The notes under the pieces are model-generated. The model ran no database searches. It saw only the letters and a list, made by a program, of their open reading frames with translations, and had not been told where the DNA came from. From the NCBI GenBank assembly GCA_965652295.1, contig CBFGTS010000004.1:224001-288000 (forward strand): a stretch of DNA of 64,000 nucleotides, written 5' to 3'. This stretch comes from an uncultured Haloferula sp. (GTDB lineage: Bacteria; Verrucomicrobiota; Verrucomicrobiia; Verrucomicrobiales; Akkermansiaceae). The translations under genes were made by a program, and so were the position numbers. Each line of letters begins with the position of its first letter. Positions within the stretch are counted from its first letter, which is position 1. This document shows, one piece after another, positions 58,661-64,000 of the stretch.

Positions 58661-60091
58661 ATGGAACTTCCCCGCATCATCCAAGGAGGCATGGGCCTCG
58701 GCATCTCGAACTGGCGGCTTGCGCGTGCCGTCTCCGCGCTCGGTCAGCTCGGCGTGGTTTCGGGCACGGCGATCGATCTGATCCTGACCCGCCGGCTTCA
58801 GGCAGGCGATGCGGGTGGGCACATGCGGCGGGCGCTGGCGGCCTTTCCGGACCAGAGCATGGCGGCGCGGGTGCTGGATCGGTATTTCGTCGAGGGGGGG
58901 AAGCCGGCGGCCGATGCCTTTGCGGCGAAGCCGATGGTGGGGGAGAAGCAGGGCACTCGGCTGGAGGAACTGATGGTCGTTGCGAACTTCGCCGAGGTGT
59001 ACCTGGCGAAGGAAGGCCATGATGGCATGGTGGGGATCAACTTCCTGCACAAGATCCAGACGCCGATGCTGCCGTCGTTGCTCGGCGCGATGCTGGCGGG
59101 GGTGGGTGTGGTGCTGATCGGCGCGGGCATTCCGCTGGAAATCCCCGCTATTCTCGACCGTCTCGCGGCTTGGAAGGATGTGGAATTCGGTCTGCACGTG
59201 ACCGGGGCAAGTACGGATCACAAGATGACCTTCGACCCGAAGTCGTTGTTTCCGGACGACCGGCCGCAGCTGAGCCGACCGCTGTTTTTCCCGATCGTGT
59301 CGTCGGTGACGCTGGCGACGATGCTGGTGAAGAAGAGCAAGGGGAAAGTCGATGGTCTGGTGGTGGAGGACCCGACGGCGGGGGGGCACAATGCGCCGCC
59401 ACGGGGCGCGTTGAAGCTGAATGACGCGGGGGAGCCGGTCTACGGTCCACGCGACGAGGTCGACCCCGCAGCGATCGCGGCATTGGGATTGCCGTTCTGG
59501 CTGGCGGGATCGAACGGGAGTCCGGAAAAGCTTCAGGAAGCGATCGAGGCCGGCGCGAACGGCATCCAGGTCGGGACCTTGTTCGCGTTCTGCGAGGAGT
59601 CGGGGCTGCGTGAGGATTTGAAAAAGGAGGCGATCGAGACGGCGCGGCGGGGCGAATCGGAGGTCTTCCGGGACCCTTCGGCCTCGCCGACGGGGTTCCC
59701 CTTCCAGGTGCTCTCGGTGCCGGGAACGCTTTCGGAGGAGTCCGTCTACGGCGAACGTCGTAGGATGTGTGACCTGGGTTATTTGCGCGAGGCCTACGAG
59801 CGCGAGGACGGCACGGTGGGCTGGCGATGCCCAGCGGAGAAGCCGGAGGATTTCGTGAAAAAAGGCGGCAGGGCGGAGGAAGCCCAGGGGCGGAAGTGCC
59901 TGTGCAACAGCTTGATGGCGAACATCGGGCTCGGGCAGGTGCGCGGAGGGGTGGAAGAGCTGCCGCTGCTGACTTGCGGCAAGGATCTGTCGGGAGTCGC
60001 GAAGCTGCTGGAGCCTGGAAGGCCGGACTACTCGGCGCGGGAGGCATTGGAGTTCATCCTGCAAGGGAGCGGAGTGGCGATGACCGGTTGA
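58661..60091 (+). CDS. Nitronate monooxygenase-family flavoprotein
   Basis: IIQGGMG.G.S...LA.AV, GAG.P, E...AGGHN, GIQVGT.F...ES, SPTGFP; C-terminal Cys cluster. Confidence 0.8.
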   Translation: MELPRIIQGGMGLGISNWRLARAVSALGQLGVVSGTAIDLILTRRLQAGDAGGHMRRALAAFPDQSMAARVLDRYFVEGGKPAADAFAAKPMVGEKQGTRLEELMVVANFAEVYLAKEGHDGMVGINFLHKIQTPMLPSLLGAMLAGVGVVLIGAGIPLEIPAILDRLAAWKDVEFGLHVTGASTDHKMTFDPKSLFPDDRPQLSRPLFFPIVSSVTLATMLVKKSKGKVDGLVVEDPTAGGHNAPPRGALKLNDAGEPVYGPRDEVDPAAIAALGLPFWLAGSNGSPEKLQEAIEAGANGIQVGTLFAFCEESGLREDLKKEAIETARRGESEVFRDPSASPTGFPFQVLSVPGTLSEESVYGERRRMCDLGYLREAYEREDGTVGWRCPAEKPEDFVKKGGRAEEAQGRKCLCNSLMANIGLGQVRGGVEELPLLTCGKDLSGVAKLLEPGRPDYSAREALEFILQGSGVAMTG

Positions 60092-60170
60092 GAGGATGGA
60101 GACCACTTGGCGGGAGACAGTCGGCCGTTCATGACCGGGGGGCGCGGCTGCGGAACCACTGGCAGGAGGA

Positions 60171-62438
60171 TCAGCCTGTCGAGAGGGAGATGGCGCAGGC
60201 TTTGTAGTTCGGCTGACGCGAGTGGGGGTCGAAGGAGGGATGGGTGAGCCGGTTGACCTCCGGGTAGTGCATGGGGACGAAAAGCTGGCCGGGCTGAACG
60301 GTCGGGGCGAGGTAGGCGGTGGCGGTCATTTCGCCCCTGCGGGAACGAAGGGTCACCTGCTGCTCGGAGGCGATGCCAAGGCGGCGGGCGTCGCGGGGGT
60401 GGATCTCGACGTAGGCGGCGGCGGGCGCGAGTTTGCGAAGGATGTCCGACTTTCCGGTGCGCGACTGGGTGTGCCATTGGCTGCTGGAGCCCCGGCCGGT
60501 GATGAGGAGAAAGGGATAGGCATCGTCCGGCGGCTCGGGGAGAGGGGCGGGCGGGGAGAAGAGGATCTTCGCCTTGCCACTGGGGGTGTAGTAGATGCCG
60601 TCGGAGAAGAGCCGGCGTTCCTTGGATTGCCGATCGGGGACTGCCGACTGAAGATTTTCCCGGGCTCCGGGTTCATCGCTCGGGCAGTCGGGAATCGATG
60701 ATCGGGCATCGGAAATCGACCAGGGCCACTGGATGCCGCCGGATTGGTCGAGGTGGTCGTAGCCTTGGATGCCGGTGATGTCGCAGGGGCGGTCGGCGGT
60801 GAGATCGCGGAGGAGCTTGAAGACGGCCTCGGGATCGGTCCATTTCGCGAACAGATCGCCGCAGCCCCAGGCGTGGGCGAGGAGGCGGAAGATGCGGAAG
60901 TCGGATAGGGTCTTCCCCGGAGCGGATTTGGCGGCTTTGAGCGTGCCGATGCGGCGTTCGGAATTGATGAAACAGCCGGTTTTCTCTCCCCAGCCGGCGG
61001 CGGGAAGGTAGAGATCGGCGACGCGGGCGCTCTCGGTGGTGGGATACATGTCCTGGACGACGAGGAACTCGAGCTTCTCATGCAGGGCGGCGAGGCGGCC
61101 GGAGTCGATCCATGAGTGGAAGGGGTTGGTCGCGACGATCCAGAGTCCTTTGATCTCTCCCCGCTCGGCGGCGGCGAGGATTTCGTCATAGGCGAGCGAC
61201 CGTTCGGCCGGGATGCAATCGAGCGGGATGCCGAGGCCGGTGGCGACCTTGCGGCGATGGTCGTCGTTGGCGAAATCGTGCCCCCCGACGAGGGAGGTGG
61301 TGTTGGAGAAAAGCCGCGACCCCATGGCGTTGCACTGGCCGGTGACGGAGTTCGGGCCGGTGCCGGGCTTGCCGATGTTGCCGGTGATGAGGCAGAGGTT
61401 GATGATGGCCTGGGCGGTGCGGACGCCCTCGTAGGACTGGTTGACGCCCATGGTCCACCACCAGGAAACGCGCTTGCCGGGCTCGGACACGTCACGGGCG
61501 AGGGCCTCGATGATTTCCGCGGGGATGCCGGTTTTCGCCACGACGGATTCGGGCGTGTAGGTCTTCAAGAACTCCGCGAATTCCTCGAAGCCTTCCGTGC
61601 GATCGATCGATGCGGGGTCGATGCGGCCATCGCGGAGGATGCAGTGGGCGAGGGCGTAGTAGAGGGCAAGGTCGCCCTTGGGCTTGAGCTGGATGTGGTG
61701 GGTGGCGGCTTGGGCGGTTTCGGTCGCGCGCGGGTCGATGACGATGATCTTCGGCGAGCGCTTGTTGCGCATGACGCGCTGCCAGAGGATCGGGTGGGCG
61801 ATGCAGAGGTTGGCCCCGACGAGGACGATGACGTCGCTTTCCTCGAAGTCGGCGTAGGTGTAGGGCGGGGCGTCGAAGCCGAAGGACTGCTTGTAGGCGG
61901 TGACGGCGGTGGCCATGCACTGGCGTGTGTTGGCATCGCCATGGAGGAAGCCCATGCCGAACTTCCACAGGCAACCGAGGAAAGCCATTTCCTCGAAGGG
62001 AATCTGGCCGGTGGAAAGAAACGCGGCGGCTTCGTGCCCGTGCTTTTCCTGGATCGACTTGAAGCCGGAAACGAAGGCGTCGAGGGCGGCGGGCCAATCG
62101 GTGGGGTGGAGCTTTCCATCGCTCCCACGGAGCAAAGGTGTGGTGCCGCGATCCGACGCGCTGAGGGGATCGAGCGCCTGCCAGCCCTTGGGGCAGGCCA
62201 TGCCGAGGTTCACCGGGTAGTCGGCCTGCGGGCTGAGGTTGATGGCCTGGCCGCTCTCGTCGAGGTGGAGCTTGAGCTGGCAGCCGGTGGCGCAGTAGCC
62301 GCAGATCGAGGTGAGGGTCGAGGCGGGCTTGAGGCGGGCGGGGATTTTTCCCAGGCCGAAGTCGCCCGGCGTCTGGACCAGATCGGTGGTGAGCGGGCCG
62401 GTTTGCTGTTTCAGCAGGTGGGAAAGCATGGGCGACAC
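60171..62438 (-). CDS. nasA: Molybdopterin oxidoreductase, assimilatory nitrate reductase catalytic subunit (NasA/NarB-like)
   Basis: CGYCATGC...CPKG Fe-S motif, N.RQCMA.A, MGVNQ, TGQ.NAMG.R, TGR...QWH...RTG; alternative ATG at 62429. Confidence 0.82.
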   Translation of the reverse strand: MSPMLSHLLKQQTGPLTTDLVQTPGDFGLGKIPARLKPASTLTSICGYCATGCQLKLHLDESGQAINLSPQADYPVNLGMACPKGWQALDPLSASDRGTTPLLRGSDGKLHPTDWPAALDAFVSGFKSIQEKHGHEAAAFLSTGQIPFEEMAFLGCLWKFGMGFLHGDANTRQCMATAVTAYKQSFGFDAPPYTYADFEESDVIVLVGANLCIAHPILWQRVMRNKRSPKIIVIDPRATETAQAATHHIQLKPKGDLALYYALAHCILRDGRIDPASIDRTEGFEEFAEFLKTYTPESVVAKTGIPAEIIEALARDVSEPGKRVSWWWTMGVNQSYEGVRTAQAIINLCLITGNIGKPGTGPNSVTGQCNAMGSRLFSNTTSLVGGHDFANDDHRRKVATGLGIPLDCIPAERSLAYDEILAAAERGEIKGLWIVATNPFHSWIDSGRLAALHEKLEFLVVQDMYPTTESARVADLYLPAAGWGEKTGCFINSERRIGTLKAAKSAPGKTLSDFRIFRLLAHAWGCGDLFAKWTDPEAVFKLLRDLTADRPCDITGIQGYDHLDQSGGIQWPWSISDARSSIPDCPSDEPGARENLQSAVPDRQSKERRLFSDGIYYTPSGKAKILFSPPAPLPEPPDDAYPFLLITGRGSSSQWHTQSRTGKSDILRKLAPAAAYVEIHPRDARRLGIASEQQVTLRSRRGEMTATAYLAPTVQPGQLFVPMHYPEVNRLTHPSFDPHSRQPNYKACAISLSTG
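60625..60717. repeat. Inverted pair of heptamer arrays inside the nitrate reductase CDS
   Basis: Five GAY-N4 units (60625-60659), 23-nt spacer, five N4-RTC units (60683-60717); 93 nt total. Confidence 0.7.
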
Positions 62439-62575
62439 GGATCTAAAGAGCAGTCGGCATGCAGGGGCAGGAGGAATCCGGAGGCTTGATGCCCGATGTC
62501 GTCATGGCGGGTATGATTGGGACTCATGCCAGGCGGCGGCAAGTCCGTGGGGTGATGAAGGAGAGCCGGATCTCC

Positions 62576-64000
62576 CTACGAGGGCTGGGGTCGTGACAAA
62601 GGAAGCCGCAGCTTGAACGTCGTGCCTTGGCCAGGGGAGCTGGTGGCTTCGAGGTGACCGTCGTGGGCGAGGCAGATCGCGCGGGCGATGGCGAGACCGA
62701 GGCCGGTGTGGCCCTGGGTTTGCGTGCGTGCGCGGTCAGCGCGGTAGAAGCGGTCGAAGAGGTGCGGCAGGTGTTCGGCGGGAATGCCGGGGCCGGCATC
62801 GTGAACTTCGAGGAGCGCGTCATTATCCGAAGGATGACAGCGGACGGTGACGGGACTTCCGGCGGGAGGATGGGAAAGGGCGTTGGAGATGAGGTTCTGG
62901 ACGACGGTTTCGAGCGAATCGGGGTCGCCGGTCACGGGGGCGGGGGAAAGGTCGAGCGTGAGGGCGGAGCCGCGCTCTTCGGCGAGGGGCCGGAGTCGGT
63001 CGGCGACGCAGTGGGTGATGGCCGCGAGGTCGCAGGGCTTCGATGGCCGGTGTTCGCTGCCGAAGTCATGGCGATCGAGGACGAGCAGCGAGTCCACGAT
63101 GCCGCGCATGCGCTGGGCGGCGGTCTGGCAATTTCCCAGGAACTGCCGGTATTGGGCAGGGTCGCGCTCGGTTTTCAAGGCCCGCTGGGTTTCCGTGAGG
63201 ATGATGGTCAGCGGTGTGCGGAGTTCATGCGAGGCGTCGGCGGTGAATCGCTTCTGGCGTTCGATGGCGGAGGCGAGGCGGTCGAAGGTGTCGTTGAGGA
63301 CGTGGGCGAGCTGGTCGAGTTCGTTGTCGCGATCCGGGATGGCGATGCGTTCCTCGAGATTGCCGGCGGCGATGCGGGTGGCGGTGTGGGAAATGGCACC
63401 GAGGGGTTTCAAGGCGCGGCCCGCCAGCCACCAGCCGCCTGCGATTGCGGCGAGGAGGATCGAAGCCCCGCCGAGGGCGAGGAAAGCGCGGAAGCGATAG
63501 AGGGCTCCGAGCTCCGAGGAAATGTCCCGGCCGACAACCGTCACGGTCCCGGAAGGATGGCCGCGGTGGTGTTCGTGGAAGGTGCCGCGGTCGAGAACCC
63601 GTTTCTCGTTCCGGGGAAACGGCGGGCGCGTGAGGCCCTCGGGCGCATTCGGCGAGATGAAGAGTGGCGAGCCGTCGCTGTCCCAGACGGCGATGTAGGT
63701 GCCGGCGGGGTCGGACTTGAAGAGATCGCGGAACTCGGGCGGATCGTTGGCAGGGCTGCCGAAGGAGCGGAGGCGTTCCTTGATTTCTTCGAGAGTGGGC
63801 GGGCCGTCGTCCTTGTCCTCGTCGGCGGAGGTGAACACGCTGCGGAAGAACGAGCGCTCGTGGTTTCTGAGGTCCCGGTCGATGCGGTCCATCCGGTCGC
63901 GGGTGCTCAACCGGTTGGCGAGCAGGCCGACGGCGACGACCAGGCCAAAAGAGACGAGCGAATGCCACAAGAGCAACCGCCAGCGGATCGAACGGAAGGG
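62576..64000 (-). CDS. HAMP-containing sensor histidine kinase (CusS/BaeS-like), 5'-truncated
   Basis: ALKPL..I...A..I..G.L..RI, FTADASHELRTPL, NL.SNA, D.GPGI, GLGLAI; frame open to window end. Confidence 0.9.
   Translation of the reverse strand, partial: PFRSIRWRLLLWHSLVSFGLVVAVGLLANRLSTRDRMDRIDRDLRNHERSFFRSVFTSADEDKDDGPPTLEEIKERLRSFGSPANDPPEFRDLFKSDPAGTYIAVWDSDGSPLFISPNAPEGLTRPPFPRNEKRVLDRGTFHEHHRGHPSGTVTVVGRDISSELGALYRFRAFLALGGASILLAAIAGGWWLAGRALKPLGAISHTATRIAAGNLEERIAIPDRDNELDQLAHVLNDTFDRLASAIERQKRFTADASHELRTPLTIILTETQRALKTERDPAQYRQFLGNCQTAAQRMRGIVDSLLVLDRHDFGSEHRPSKPCDLAAITHCVADRLRPLAEERGSALTLDLSPAPVTGDPDSLETVVQNLISNALSHPPAGSPVTVRCHPSDNDALLEVHDAGPGIPAEHLPHLFDRFYRADRARTQTQGHTGLGLAIARAICLAHDGHLEATSSPGQGTTFKLRLPLSRPQPS

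Noticed and set aside
62440..62575. Sigma-54 promoter or ANTAR hairpins upstream of nitrate reductase
   Set aside because: TGGCAT is present on the minus strand but no correctly spaced TTGC; no convincing twin-hairpin motif

Overview
GC-rich bacterial chromosomal window of about 55 densely packed, mostly housekeeping genes. A PEP-CTERM protein, eukaryote-type HisA and 'W..DP..A' helical-repeat protein suggest Verrucomicrobiota (Luteolibacter/Haloferula-like); this is an inference. Contents: ispD, glgB, DsbD-like, pyrD, gntK, panE, feoAB, ctaA, gap, hflKC, malQ, an LPS cluster, tRNA-Arg(CCT), a type II topoisomerase B subunit, hisA, a WYL regulator, one complete two-component pair plus two further sensor kinases, galM, type-B rpmJ (missed by the ORF track), tcdA, photolyase, rpoA-rplQ, a Moco cluster with a MobA-MoaD fusion, and an assimilatory-type nitrate reductase. 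I saw no prophage, CRISPR array or rRNA. The most unusual signals are: (i) short-period (7/8/10-nt) tandem arrays in inverted pairs, one forming a 93-nt in-frame stretch inside the nitrate reductase gene; (ii) a RAYT/Y1 transposase bracketed by identical direct hairpins; (iii) a stand-alone AP2-like protein between photolyase and a detached rpoA-rplQ; (iv) an exported protein with a duplicated YPTE...PTSFETRN motif heading a TCS operon with 11-bp-phased direct repeats; (v) a candidate structured ncRNA between the topoisomerase gene and hisA. All calls come from motif recognition by eye; no searches were run. Start codons were chosen manually.
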